NCBI GenBank assembly: GCA_963773065.1
Contig: CAVYZN010000009.1
Coordinates: 1 to 64,000, forward strand
Length of the DNA stretch: 64,000 bases
Direction: 5' to 3'
From: an uncultured Gammaproteobacteria bacterium
Lineage (GTDB): Bacteria; Pseudomonadota; Gammaproteobacteria; UBA9214
Under the pieces are notes generated by a model that was not told the origin of the DNA, did no database searches, and saw nothing but the letters and a program-made list of their open reading frames with translations. This document shows positions 1 to 10,414 of the stretch, piece by piece. The position numbers were made by a program, and so were the translations under genes. Positions within the stretch are counted from its first letter, which is position 1. Each line of letters opens with the position of its first letter.

Positions 1-11
1 TGCTGGCCGAG

Positions 12-725
12 GTGTTAATTCTGCCGCGAATGTGGTGTGAGTTCATGCCGCTGAATCTGAATATCAAGGCCTGCACCTATCGGGTCCACACTGGCAAGTC
101 CGAACTGCGTCTTTATGCCGGACGCAAGTTTTACCAGACACCTGCAGAGAGTTATCTGTTGCAGTATCAGTTCCAGGTCATTAAACAGCAGAAAGATAAC
201 TTCGTGGTCGTGTTGACCGCCCCCGAAGGGCCTTTTGGCAGCCGTAACTATGTGATCCTGGTGGAAGCCATCTCGGTGGACGATCACAGTTTTCTCCGCA
301 TTCACGTCTCCTATGACACCAGTTACTGGAGTCGGCTGCTTACCTCTACGTATCTCGGAACTTTAGGGGCCGGCAAGGTCGGCTTTACTGTCATCGAACA
401 AACTGCGCAGGGCGAGCCCGTGTATGTCGAGGGACACCGCGGCATCACGGAACGCAACGCCATGCGTTATTATCTGGCCATGCTGGCATTTCTGGATACC
501 CTGACGGTACCTTCGGAGCAACGCTTTGACGCGTGTACTGAACGCTGGTTTGATCTGACCGAACGGTATCACAAGCATTTATACGAACTAGACAAGGTTG
601 ACTATCTGGAGACCAAGCGTCGGGAGAGGCAGAACCAGCTGGCATTGCAGGCCGCAATCGATAGCAGATGCCCCTTGTCCGGCCCGGAGTGTACCCGACT
701 CGCCCCGATCCCGACCCGGCCCTGA
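12..725 (+). CDS. hypothetical protein (probably 5'-truncated by the window edge)
   Basis: 237-aa ORF with protein-like composition running from the window start; no family recognised. Confidence 0.6.
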   Translation: MLILPRMWCEFMPLNLNIKACTYRVHTGKSELRLYAGRKFYQTPAESYLLQYQFQVIKQQKDNFVVVLTAPEGPFGSRNYVILVEAISVDDHSFLRIHVSYDTSYWSRLLTSTYLGTLGAGKVGFTVIEQTAQGEPVYVEGHRGITERNAMRYYLAMLAFLDTLTVPSEQRFDACTERWFDLTERYHKHLYELDKVDYLETKRRERQNQLALQAAIDSRCPLSGPECTRLAPIPTRP

Positions 726-947
726 CTCCCTTCCCGGGGTGCACCGCCACGCCGCCTGCGTCACCAGGGACGTACGTTTGAATTAGCCCGGCGCACATCC
801 TGGCCAAAACACGTTCACCTCGGCCTCGTCGGCATCCTATGAACAATCAATTTGCGTCGGCTGACATCGACCCGAGACAGAAGTACGGCGTCTTGGCTCA
901 AAGATTGGAAGGTAACAACCCATCTGTCGATGCACGATGGCTCAACC

Positions 948-2576
948 TCACAACTGCTGTTCGACCGGCAGGATCATGATCAAGCCGGACATGAAACGCT
1001 GGCCGAAGGTCGTCTGCGGTTCCTCGTAGTAGCGCACCTCGGCGCCGTCCACTCGGGTGACCCAGTACAGATCGCCATCCTGGTCCAGCATCACCCGGTA
1101 ACTGTTCTCCGGCCGCACCCCTTCATCCATATAGGCGATCACCTGCTCGGCCAGCTCCGGACTCTCCACGTACAGGCCGGCCTCGGTGTTGATGTCCGAG
1201 GAGCGGAGATCCAGATTGAAACTGCCGATGAACACCGACTCCCGGTCAAACACCACGGCCTTGGTGTGCAGTGCCGCCTTGGACTCGCCCCGCCAGGCCC
1301 GCGTCTTGCCGACCATGGAATCGGGACGATACTCGTACAGCTCCGCCCCGGCCTCGAGCAACTCCTTGCGCCGCTTGGCGTAGCCGGCGTGGGCGGCCAC
1401 CACGTCGTTGGAGGCCAGCGAGTTGGTCAGCACCCGGATCCGCACACCCCGATCCGTCATCTGTTTCACTATCTCAAGCGCCCTGTCCCGCACCACAAAA
1501 TAGGCCGACTCGATCAGCAACTCCTTCTGCAGCGTCTGAATCTTTTTGTCAAACGCCTTGAATATGACGCCTGCCTGGATACCTTGCTCAATGGCAGCCG
1601 GGTCGTTCCACACGATTCTCCCCGGCGCCCAGATGAACTGGTCACGGATCGAACTAAGCTCCGACCTCAGCGCGGCGACATCCTGGTCCAGCGGATACGG
1701 GTAGGGGTTTTCGGCAAGCCAGTCACGCACCGTCATTCGGGTCGCGCGCAGGTCCGCCTCGGTGTAGGGGCGATCGACCAGCGCGGCGATCGGCACAGCC
1801 CAGTCGCCGTTCCAGAAATAGTCGAACACGGTCGAGATCTCCCGCACCACCGGCCCCGCTGCCGCGATATCCAAGTCCCGGAAGTTGGCATCGGTCGCCA
1901 CGTTGAAGTAATGGTTGCCGATGTTGCGCCCGCCCACGATCGCCAACGCATTGTCCATCACCATGATCTTGTTGTGCATGCGGTGATTGACCCGGCCCAA
2001 ATCGGTCAGAAAATCGAACACCCGCGCACTGCGATTGGCAAAGGGATTGAAGACACGGATCTCGATATTCGGGTGCGCATCCATGGCGGCGACCATCGCA
2101 TCGCGGCCCCCCAGGTTTATGTCATCGACCAGCAGACGGACCCGCACGCCCCGGTCCGCGGCCTGCATCAGGTGCTCCGCGAGGATCCGGCCCGTGGCGT
2201 CCGCCTCCCAGATGTAGTACTGCGCATCCAGAGTCTTCTCCGCCAGATCGACCAGCGCGATGCGGTCCGTGAAGGCCTGCCGACCGTAGCGGATGATCGC
2301 AAATCCCGACTCGCCCGGATGCTGCTGCGCCGACTCCTCGAACAGCTGGCCCACGCTGGTGTCCAGGTAGTCGTGAAACGCGGTCGACGTGATGCGCGGA
2401 TATTCCTTCGGCACCGTCGCGCAACCCGCGAACAGTACGCACGTCAACAGAAGCAGACAGCACGACCTGAATACGCGCGCACCCTGTCCGGTGGCGTGCG
2501 AACGCTGCCCTAAGTACAGAGTGGTGCCGGACGCGGTGCAAATTGAATCAACGAGCGTGCTGTTGTTTGTCCTCAT
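948..2576 (-). CDS. phospholipase D family protein (ClsC/YmdC-like cardiolipin synthase), probable lipoprotein
   Basis: Two HKD motifs (HNKIMVMD, HTKAVVFD), SFNLD motif, lipobox-like FAGC; true start probably downstream of 2576. Confidence 0.9.
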   Translation of the reverse strand: MRTNNSTLVDSICTASGTTLYLGQRSHATGQGARVFRSCCLLLLTCVLFAGCATVPKEYPRITSTAFHDYLDTSVGQLFEESAQQHPGESGFAIIRYGRQAFTDRIALVDLAEKTLDAQYYIWEADATGRILAEHLMQAADRGVRVRLLVDDINLGGRDAMVAAMDAHPNIEIRVFNPFANRSARVFDFLTDLGRVNHRMHNKIMVMDNALAIVGGRNIGNHYFNVATDANFRDLDIAAAGPVVREISTVFDYFWNGDWAVPIAALVDRPYTEADLRATRMTVRDWLAENPYPYPLDQDVAALRSELSSIRDQFIWAPGRIVWNDPAAIEQGIQAGVIFKAFDKKIQTLQKELLIESAYFVVRDRALEIVKQMTDRGVRIRVLTNSLASNDVVAAHAGYAKRRKELLEAGAELYEYRPDSMVGKTRAWRGESKAALHTKAVVFDRESVFIGSFNLDLRSSDINTEAGLYVESPELAEQVIAYMDEGVRPENSYRVMLDQDGDLYWVTRVDGAEVRYYEEPQTTFGQRFMSGLIMILPVEQQL

Positions 2577-3028
2577 TTTCGTCTCCCGGGGTATTCGTCA
2601 TTCTAGCCCATCGACCTGGCAGCGCACGTTCACACACGTGTCGCTGCGACCGCCACGATTGTCCTGCCGGTCTTCACGGCGCTAATTATGCCACTCCACA
2701 CCGTCGGCGGTCGCCAGCAGGATCAGCGCAAGCTCCGCTCCGGGCGGTGCGGTGCCTTTGCAGCATGAACGGGCGTAGCTATTGTGCTATGTCCCAACAA
2801 GGGCGAGGTGGCGACCGTGACTGAATCGCCCGACAATCCCTAACGGCAACACCGCAAATGGAAGCATGATTCTTGCGTATTGCTTGGTTGTGATGCGCAG
2901 GAAGCTCCTGCTCTTGTTTGTTCCTTCGCGTCTTTCCTCCCAACGTTTGATAACGTAGTGCCTGCCGCCACGGTTTCCAGTTACTTGGGCCACCAGGCAG
3001 AATCCGAGGCGCGGAATGGGAGTTTCGG

Positions 3029-3427
3029 TCACTCCTTTTCTATGTCAATCCGAACACTCTTGACCGTGGAGCTGACCAAGCTCAGGTCGAAATTGTCCGC
3101 TCCGCCCTTTTTCTTGACCAGAACATCCTCTCCATCATCGACCTCCACGTTGTATTGATCCTCTGGCAGTTGCGCAGCGAAGGCATCACTGATGGCTTCG
3201 GCAACCTTGTTTTCGCGGGTCCCGTCTTTCACCGTCACACGAACCTCGATGGCCTCACCACCGTCGGGTGTAACGTGAAAGACGATTTCACCATCGGAAT
3301 TCGCGCCCTCGCTCACTTCGATGCGCCATTTATTCGAAGAACCCGCAAAGGCAGCAGAAGCTGAAAGCCCAAGCAGCGCAAGCAACGCGATGGTTTTGGT
3401 CGCGGGTTTGAGATGATGGATATTCAT
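3029..3427 (-). CDS. secreted hypothetical protein
   Basis: Signal peptide (ALLALLGLSASAAFA) followed by an acidic beta-rich region. Confidence 0.7.
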   Translation of the reverse strand: MNIHHLKPATKTIALLALLGLSASAAFAGSSNKWRIEVSEGANSDGEIVFHVTPDGGEAIEVRVTVKDGTRENKVAEAISDAFAAQLPEDQYNVEVDDGEDVLVKKKGGADNFDLSLVSSTVKSVRIDIEKE

Positions 3428-3486
3428 TTGCATTCTCCTCCAATTAAGATGCGGCTTTTCAGGCATGACCAGGAAGCATAAATGAT

Positions 3487-3690
3487 GCGGTAGCGATCAC
3501 CGCGGGCGCCTCGGCTGCCGCCACGACCGCCGGCAGTTCCGCCGGTGCGAGCGACAGCATGCAGAATGCGACCACGACCACCGCGGGCACCGAATACCAC
3601 AAAGGTATAGCCGTGTTCACCGTCACCAAGGGTGGGTTGATGTACGAGGCGAGCATCGGCGTGCAGAAGTTCAGCTATACGCCGAAGTGA
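3487..3690 (+). pseudogene. C-terminal fragment of a Ysc84/SYLF lipid-binding protein
   Basis: Translates as AVAITAGASAAATTAGSSAG...KGIAVFTVTKGGLMYEASIGVQKFSYTPK*; no start or N-terminus. Confidence 0.7.
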
Positions 3691-3863
3691 AGCGGCTTGG
3701 GTAGGTGTCTGTAAAGCTAGCCGGCACGGTTGGTCGGCTTTCAGTGATAAACGAACTGTAATTGGAAGCTGGTGCGAGATTAAACCGCTGAGATTGCCTT
3801 GTAGACATGAACACCGCATACCGGTTTTATCTTCCCTGTACCGACTATACAATATCGCCATTA

Positions 3864-3895
3864 GCCCGTAAGCCGCTTACTTGCGGCCTACGGGC
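3864..3895. repeat. REP-like palindrome
   Basis: GCCCGTAAGCCGC-ttactt-GCGGCCTACGGGC hairpin with GTAG on the reverse strand. Confidence 0.45.
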
Positions 3896-3987
3896 AGTAC
3901 AAGAATTACCCGCACCCTAACCGTTCCGATAGACTTGTGCAACAGCAGCATATATTCTTCGTAATATTTAGCTAATATGCACCGATA

Positions 3988-4584
3988 GTGCCCACGATGC
4001 TTAATGCACAACCAGTAGCAACCCTGCTCAAGGGGGCGGGTCTCGCCACGATCCCAAACCTGCTGTCCTTCGCCCGGATCGTCGGGGTAACCTTAGCGGT
4101 CATTCTCTACTTGGGAGGGCACGGTTGGCTGGCGGTGGCGATAGGCACCGTCGCCGGCCTGACCGACCACCTCGATGGCTACCTGGCGCGTCGGCTTAAG
4201 CAAGAGACTTCCCTTGGAGCCATGCTGGATCAGACCGCTGACAGTTTCACAACGGCGATCCTGCTCGCCATGCTCGTCGTCACGGGCGGTATCCCGTTCG
4301 CCTATCTGGTGATTTTCCTGTTAAGGGAGTTCTGGGTTGGCACCGTGAGGCGGTACGGCGCGACGGTGGGCATAGAAATTCCATCGATCGCGCTGGGTAA
4401 GTTGGCGACGGCCGTGATCTACTGGGCCATTCTAACTGTGGCGGTGGTCAATCTGCCCGATATACCCGCGCGGGTCGTGACACCGGTGCACTGGATAGGA
4501 CTTGTGGGCCTGGGTGTGGGTCTGGCCATCAGTTGCCTGACGGGCTGGCGCTATACAATAGCTTTGGGGGGTAAGATGGAGTGA
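3988..4584 (+). CDS. CDP-alcohol phosphatidyltransferase (PgsA-like)
   Basis: IPNLLSFAR and the DxxDGxxAR...GxxLDxxxD signature (TDHLDGYLARR...GAMLDQTAD); membrane segments. Confidence 0.9.
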   Translation: MPTMLNAQPVATLLKGAGLATIPNLLSFARIVGVTLAVILYLGGHGWLAVAIGTVAGLTDHLDGYLARRLKQETSLGAMLDQTADSFTTAILLAMLVVTGGIPFAYLVIFLLREFWVGTVRRYGATVGIEIPSIALGKLATAVIYWAILTVAVVNLPDIPARVVTPVHWIGLVGLGVGLAISCLTGWRYTIALGGKME

Positions 4585-5735
4585 AACCGATATCCACAAC
4601 TACTACGCGGCGCGGCGCTGAAATCCTGCTCTGTCCGGGTCCTGTCATGCTGTCCCCTGGCGTCAAGGCAGCACTTACCGACTGTGAGATAGGACACCGC
4701 GATACGCGCTTCTCGCAGCTGGTTACGCGGGTGCGGCACAATAGCCGCCACGTCTTCCGCTCTGGAGATGAGCACAGCATCCTTTTCATCGGCGGACCCG
4801 CGACGGCTGCAATTGAAGCGGTGTGTGCCTCGCTCCTGCCGCCGGATGCCAGGGTGCTCGTGCCCGTCAACGGGTCATTCGGAGCCCGTATCGCGGAGAT
4901 CCTGAATGTTCACCAGATCCCCCACACCACGGTCGATTTCGGATTTGGTAAGCCTTTCGATCTGGATCATATCGAGGCGGTGATTGCGGCGGAGCGCCAG
5001 TGCGGGTTCACTGCGGTGGCGATGACCCACCATGAGACGTCAGCGGGCCTGCTCAACCCGGTGGCGGCTGTCGGTGCCCTGGCGCGGCAACACGGCCTGA
5101 AACTGATCGTCGACGCCACGTCGAGCGCAGGCGTCGAGGACCTGGATGTAACGCGCGATGGGATCGACGCGTGCATCACGACCTCCGGAAAATGCCTGCA
5201 TGCGGCGCCGGGGCTGAGCCTTGTCTGCGTGCGACGCGACCTGCTCGAAATGTCCAGGCTAATACGCGCGCGCAGTTATTCGGTGGACCTGCATCGTTTC
5301 CATGACCAAATGGAATTCAACGGCCAGACGCCGTTCACAGCCTCTGTACCCTTGTTCCTTGCGCTCGACCGCGCGCTTGAAGAACTTCTCAATCGGGGCA
5401 TCGATGAACGACGACGCGTCTACTGGCGGCGCCGCGAAATACTGGCGGCGGGAATGGTGCGGATGGGGTTACCGCTGTTGCCGTTGCCACCGGGGAGTGA
5501 AGCCGCCTCGATTCTTACGGTCGGCGTTCCGGGAACACTCGGCTTCGACGCGCTTTACGCGGCCGTCAAGGATCATGGCTACCTCATCTATGCCTGCAAG
5601 CCGCCGCTGGCGCCGGACTACTTCCAAATCGCGGTCATGGGAGAATTGGCGGACGATGAGCTCCATGAATTTCTCGAGATTTTGCAGTCGCTGATGACCA
5701 CAGTACCGGCGCGTTACCTCACTATGATAGCCTAG
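4581..5735 (+). CDS. class V PLP-dependent aminotransferase (PhnW/AGAT-like)
   Basis: LLCPGP, HHETSAGLLNP, IVDATSS, TSGKCL (PLP lysine); GTGA overlap with upstream gene. Confidence 0.88.
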   Translation: MKPISTTTTRRGAEILLCPGPVMLSPGVKAALTDCEIGHRDTRFSQLVTRVRHNSRHVFRSGDEHSILFIGGPATAAIEAVCASLLPPDARVLVPVNGSFGARIAEILNVHQIPHTTVDFGFGKPFDLDHIEAVIAAERQCGFTAVAMTHHETSAGLLNPVAAVGALARQHGLKLIVDATSSAGVEDLDVTRDGIDACITTSGKCLHAAPGLSLVCVRRDLLEMSRLIRARSYSVDLHRFHDQMEFNGQTPFTASVPLFLALDRALEELLNRGIDERRRVYWRRREILAAGMVRMGLPLLPLPPGSEAASILTVGVPGTLGFDALYAAVKDHGYLIYACKPPLAPDYFQIAVMGELADDELHEFLEILQSLMTTVPARYLTMIA

Positions 5736-5752
5736 CCCGCGGGTGATCAAAA

Positions 5753-6250
5753 TTGACAGGAAAAGAAGTTTCACCGGCCGTCAACACGGGGGTATTCCGC
5801 AGCTGGCGCCATGTTCTCGCGTTCGGTCTCGGTAGCGGACTGGCCAGGTTTGCGCCGGGCACGTTCGGCACCCTCGTTGCAATCGCCTTCTACCTTCCCC
5901 TGAGCCAGCTGCCGCACTGGCTTTATGCAGTCTGCGTGATCTCCGCCTTCGCCTTTGGTGTCTGGCTTTGCCAAAGCGTCTCGTATGACCTCGGTGTGCA
6001 TGACCATGGCGGCATCGTGTGGGACGAGTTCGTCGGTTACTGGATCACGATGTTCCTCGTGCCCGTTAGCTGGGTCTCGGTCCTGGCCGGGTTTGCGCTG
6101 TTTCGCCTGTTCGACATCTGGAAACCATGGCCGATTCGCTGGATCGACAAGCACGTGCAAGGCGGCTTCGGCATCATGCTGGATGACGTGATTGCCGGCG
6201 CGGCTGCCTGTATTATCCTGCACTCCCTTCGCATGGGCGCCGGTTTTTGA
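5753..6250 (+). CDS. pgpA: phosphatidylglycerophosphatase A
   Basis: GLGSGL..APGTFGT, HDHGGIVWDE, FRLFDIWKPWPI, GIMLDD motifs. Confidence 0.92.
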   Translation: MTGKEVSPAVNTGVFRSWRHVLAFGLGSGLARFAPGTFGTLVAIAFYLPLSQLPHWLYAVCVISAFAFGVWLCQSVSYDLGVHDHGGIVWDEFVGYWITMFLVPVSWVSVLAGFALFRLFDIWKPWPIRWIDKHVQGGFGIMLDDVIAGAAACIILHSLRMGAGF

Positions 6251-6586
6251 ACTATCGGCCGTTGTCGTTCCCGAAATCATGTCAACGTGCAGCTACTGCT
6301 GAATGACGTGAGAGATACGTCCGTGACGGTGCTGCGTTTCCGTGTCTCGTATAGTGAACACATTGGTTTCAGAACGCTATTCACGTCTACTATCAACGAT
6401 GGTGTCGACAAGGGGTCGTAAGCATCGATGTTAGTCTGCGACTCTGGCTGTTTTTCAATTTGGAGTTAGCCAGATGCACCAATCCATAACAGACCGGTAG
6501 CAGATGACCAGGGGCTGGCGCGTGAGGATTATACCGTGCGCTGAAGGTTATCGTAGACTATATACAGTTGTCAGAAACTAACTTCC

Positions 6587-6994
6587 ATGAAAATCGAGTA
6601 CTTGCAAACACAGATTGTTACTGTAGTGACCATCGCATTGGCTGCGTTTTTCTTATTGCTTGCTTCTCACGGTTATGGTGGCCAGCTAGCGCACCTTGAT
6701 AAAACCGTCCAACATCTGATTGCCCATGTTGCCCAATCAGGTCTGACCTTTATTCGAAATGACGTACGCTATACCGGAAAGGAAGCCTCCGAACACATGC
6801 AGAAAAAATACGCGCATTTCAGGGACAAGATAAAAACACCTGAAGATTTTATTGAACTGTGTGCGAGCCGAAGCCTGCTGAGTGGAAAACCCTATCTGGT
6901 CATTAATGAAAAGGGCGAGATAATCAGTACCAACGAATGGCTGAGGACCGAGTTGGGGGTGTATCGGACCAGCGTCGCCGGTGAGTCTCGTTAG
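6587..6994 (+). CDS. DUF5329-family exported protein
   Basis: FIRNDVRY..EA..HM..KY...FIELCASRS..SGKPY pattern. Confidence 0.75.
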   Translation: MKIEYLQTQIVTVVTIALAAFFLLLASHGYGGQLAHLDKTVQHLIAHVAQSGLTFIRNDVRYTGKEASEHMQKKYAHFRDKIKTPEDFIELCASRSLLSGKPYLVINEKGEIISTNEWLRTELGVYRTSVAGESR

Positions 6995-7906
6995 ATGGTG
7001 CATGTTTTCAACATAAGCCTCTACTGCATCGGAGGGCTGCTTCTGCTTATCTTGCTGTTGCCTTCTTGTGCAACAACGCAGCTTCATTCAACACCACCCG
7101 TGCACTACTACCACGATGCAAGCATTCCGTATCAGGGTGACCGGCACTCCGATGAACACGGCCTCAAGGTCATGACACTGAACGTAGCCCACGGGCGCGG
7201 GACCAGTTTTCATCAATTGCTGCAGTCTTTAGATCAGACCGTGAAAAATCTGGATAGCATCAACATGTTACTGAAACAAGCAGCTCCGGATATTGTTGCT
7301 CTTCAGGAGATCGATGGGCCTTCGTTCTGGAGTGGCAATTTCAACCACCTGGAATATCTTGCAAGTCACAGCATGTTTACCCGTTCGATTCAGGCGTCGC
7401 ACGTTGATGCGATAGGACTTTCCTATGGTACAGCACTGATGTCACGACAGGAGATGTCGAACCCGCAGGCGGTTACATTTGACCCCGCACTTTCACTGGT
7501 ACCCACGGGTTTTGTGGTATCGACCATTAGCTGGCCGGGGAGGGACAGCATCGACATAGATATAGTTTCTGTCCATCTGGATTTCATGAGTGGTTCGGCC
7601 AGGAAAAAACAGGCAGACGAACTGATTGAAGTTTTACGTGCCAGAAACAATCGCCTGATTATCATGGGCGACCTGAACTCAGGATGGCTCCAGCAGGACT
7701 CGGCAGCACAGTACCTGGTTGAAAAACTTGGACTAAAGGCGTACCAACCGGAAAATAGCAAGCTGATCACCTTTCCCGTGCTTGGCAAACGCCTGGACTG
7801 GGTCCTGATATCACCCGGTCTTGAGTTTTCTTCCTATGAAGTTATCGGAACCGATATTTCTGATCATCGTGGTGTACTTGCCGAGCTTACGCTTTCTGAC
7901 TGGTAA
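6995..7906 (+). CDS. endonuclease/exonuclease/phosphatase (EEP) family lipoprotein
   Basis: MTLNV, LQEID, GDLN, LDWV, SDH catalytic motifs; lipobox-like LPSC. Confidence 0.88.
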   Translation: MVHVFNISLYCIGGLLLLILLLPSCATTQLHSTPPVHYYHDASIPYQGDRHSDEHGLKVMTLNVAHGRGTSFHQLLQSLDQTVKNLDSINMLLKQAAPDIVALQEIDGPSFWSGNFNHLEYLASHSMFTRSIQASHVDAIGLSYGTALMSRQEMSNPQAVTFDPALSLVPTGFVVSTISWPGRDSIDIDIVSVHLDFMSGSARKKQADELIEVLRARNNRLIIMGDLNSGWLQQDSAAQYLVEKLGLKAYQPENSKLITFPVLGKRLDWVLISPGLEFSSYEVIGTDISDHRGVLAELTLSDW

Positions 7907-8149
7907 ATAATGGTGGTGGAGTCGCCAGTGTATGGCGACATTTCGCTCTAATCGACTCACTTGTGTGCCCGTAGGGTGCATAAACCGGATTGACTGTAAT
8001 GTCGTGCAGGTGATCCAGTTCAGCCACCGCCTTGTGGGGCATGTTGCGGCACAGTTTGTCCACCTCCAGGACAAAGCACTGTGTAGAGCGGGTTTTGTGC
8101 CAGCCCGATCCCCCCGCGACAGGGTCAGCTCACATAAAGAATCCAAGTT

Positions 8150-8872
8150 TCACTGTTTAGAATAAAAAACAATCTTTTTAATAAAGGCGTCAGCGCCACC
8201 TTTTGTGTCGTCGGTGTTCATTTCAAACGCAAAGCCTGTGATGGGCGGCGTCTTATCCTGTTTGAAAACATCTCTAAATCGATTGTCGACCTCAAAGTTG
8301 GTGGCAATGGTTTGCCCCATAGGCGCGCCATTGGATACACAAAAGTAGCGCCCTCCTTCCTTGTATAAAGCACCGAGGTACATTCTATTTACTTGTTCTT
8401 TCTGGCCGATGAACGCACTGAGGAAATACGGAGCGGCGTTGATGCCGAAAGGCAAGCCGCTACTCAACTTCTCGTCGCCAAAACTGAAAATGACGCCAAT
8501 CGGCACCCGTTTATTTCCTTGTTCCCAGTCTGCACCGATTGGAAAGCGGTTCACACCCCATTCAATAACAATATGATCTACTTCGGGGACGTAATCTGGC
8601 TTGCCAAACTTTAATCCGAACATGGCTGTCAAATTTTCGTTCGTGCTTATGCGCAGCCCCTCATTCTCAAACTTTAAATGTAACTTCTCAGCTTCGAGAA
8701 ACTCATCGAATCCCTGCTTCTTGAGCCATGTGGATGCATCGATATTCTCTTTCTGGCCGAAATCTATGGTATATAGAACCTTGGGTTCAGCGCGCGCGGC
8801 TGGTATTTCACCCATAGTTATGGCGATTCCAAGTAACGCAGCACCTAGGCAGTTCATGAAAATTAGGTTCAC
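8150..8872 (-). CDS. exported hypothetical protein
   Basis: ORF with signal-peptide-like N-terminus; lower-GC stretch. Confidence 0.65.
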   Translation of the reverse strand: MNLIFMNCLGAALLGIAITMGEIPAARAEPKVLYTIDFGQKENIDASTWLKKQGFDEFLEAEKLHLKFENEGLRISTNENLTAMFGLKFGKPDYVPEVDHIVIEWGVNRFPIGADWEQGNKRVPIGVIFSFGDEKLSSGLPFGINAAPYFLSAFIGQKEQVNRMYLGALYKEGGRYFCVSNGAPMGQTIATNFEVDNRFRDVFKQDKTPPITGFAFEMNTDDTKGGADAFIKKIVFYSKQ

Positions 8873-8891
8873 GCCGTCTGTCCCTTGGCGG

Positions 8892-9329
8892 TTATTGGTT
8901 ACGACAAGCGCCGAAAAGCAAAACTCCCTTTGTATCTGCAAGGGAAGCTGCCGACAATTCACCATTCGATTTTCCAATTCTTGCCACCCAACCAGTACCA
9001 TCTTGGGATAAAGGCGAATCCGGGTTCGTGCCATGCAGATAGAGCACTTCATTGACCGAAGATATACTGTCGATCTTTTCTCTGTCGAGCTGGTGGCCAT
9101 TCTCATAAACGGCCATCGATTTTTCTGCAATATCAATCGTAAAGATCTGTTTTCCATCGATGTGGACAACCTCGCCCCAGCTACAGCTATGATCCCCATG
9201 CACGCACATCTGGAAATATTCAAGCTCGCATACGATGTTTTTTTTGAAATCGAGGGCTACTGCACCGCTGCACCATGGCGCCAACCACAACATGAGCAAA
9301 CAAACGTGAGTTTTTAATCGATTTGCCAT
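8892..9329 (-). CDS. exported hypothetical protein with Cys motif
   Basis: Signal peptide, C-x6-C-x5-C and terminal FGAC. Confidence 0.65.
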   Translation of the reverse strand: MANRLKTHVCLLMLWLAPWCSGAVALDFKKNIVCELEYFQMCVHGDHSCSWGEVVHIDGKQIFTIDIAEKSMAVYENGHQLDREKIDSISSVNEVLYLHGTNPDSPLSQDGTGWVARIGKSNGELSAASLADTKGVLLFGACRNQ

Positions 9330-9763
9330 TTTTCTTCCCAGTGATGTCGGGCATGAGTAAGGAGTCACCTGTGCGTGCAGGGCGTATAGGGAATGCTATT
9401 GATTTGGTTGACATCCACAATACGAAGGTTAGCTGCTCACTGATGGTAGTGCATTATATAAGCATAAACGCCCTTTGGCCTAACTCGACAGTTAGGAAAG
9501 ACACTGAAGCGACGAGCAGTGGCATCCCGGGACAGGTTTTTGCATCGCCTTTGGCGCGAGATTTCGGTGGTTTCACTTCAACCTTCCGACCCTAGCGCGG
9601 CGAGTGTATCGGTTGCTATCGCCGCGATCTCCGGGACGATATATTCCGGCCTTTCCTGTCGATAATTGCATGCTGGGCTTCGCCATCCAGCATTGAGAGC
9701 ATATGACTACAATGTGCAATTAGCATGGCCAGGGCGTGTCATAACGAGCAGCGAAAATGACTT

Positions 9764-9880
9764 TGAAGTGGTCTGATACATCCGGACACCGAGTTAAAGC
9801 GGTAAAATGCCATGACGAGGTGAGCGATGACAACAGAGACGAGAAGGCGTCGGAACTACACGGAAGATTTCAAGCGGGAT
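9764..9880 (+). mobile_element. IS3-family left end and orfA 5' fragment
   Basis: TGAAGTGGTCTGATACATCCGGACAC end followed by MTTETRRRRNYTEDFKRD. Confidence 0.7.
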
Positions 9881-9913
9881 CATTCTGTCCAACTAGTGCT
9901 GACGGGGAACAGT

Positions 9914-9980
9914 AAGGAACGGTTAAATGGGTTGCTGAAATATTACCATCGGGAATCCGCATGAGTATTTTGACCACACG
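9914..9980 (+). mobile_element. 3' fragment of an rve integrase-core transposase with element end
   Basis: ERLNGLLKYYHRESA* followed by TTTGACCACACG; same type as 19415-19528. Confidence 0.55.
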
Positions 9981-10101
9981 GGAATCAGGACCCTGCCTCC
10001 AGACTCATTTCATATTGGACAATACTTTGAGTTGATTTGTCAGTGCCACCTGCTAGACTGAATTTACAATATTTTCAACGCATAAAGGATTCAAGCCCAC
10101 C

Positions 10102-10404
10102 ATGAAAAACCTTCTGATTACACTCGCACTGATACTCACGCTTCCCGCCACAACCTTTGCCGATGTGGACTGCAGCGATGTAAAAAGCAAAAACCAGGAC
10201 GAATGCGTCCAGGCGAAACGCAATAACAATAACAACAATCGCAATAACAACATCAACTGCAGCAACGTAAAGAACAAAAATAGAGACGAATGCGTTGAGG
10301 CCAAATACAACAATAAGAAGGACACTTTCGATAAGGACGATGTCGAATGCCGCAATGCCGAAGACGCCGACGTTCGCCGGGAATGCCTCAAAAGGAAATA
10401 CTGA
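10102..10404 (+). CDS. small secreted Cys-repeat, Asn-rich protein
   Basis: Signal peptide, three C-x10/11-C repeats, poly-Asn tract. Confidence 0.75.
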   Translation: MKNLLITLALILTLPATTFADVDCSDVKSKNQDECVQAKRNNNNNNRNNNINCSNVKNKNRDECVEAKYNNKKDTFDKDDVECRNAEDADVRRECLKRKY

Positions 10405-10414
10405 TCGCCAAGGT

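Noticed and set aside
852-2513. 553-aa plus-strand ORF
   Set aside because: Antisense shadow of the PLD gene in GC-rich DNA; no motifs. The same applies to 32964-34256, 46128-47948 and 50873-52318.
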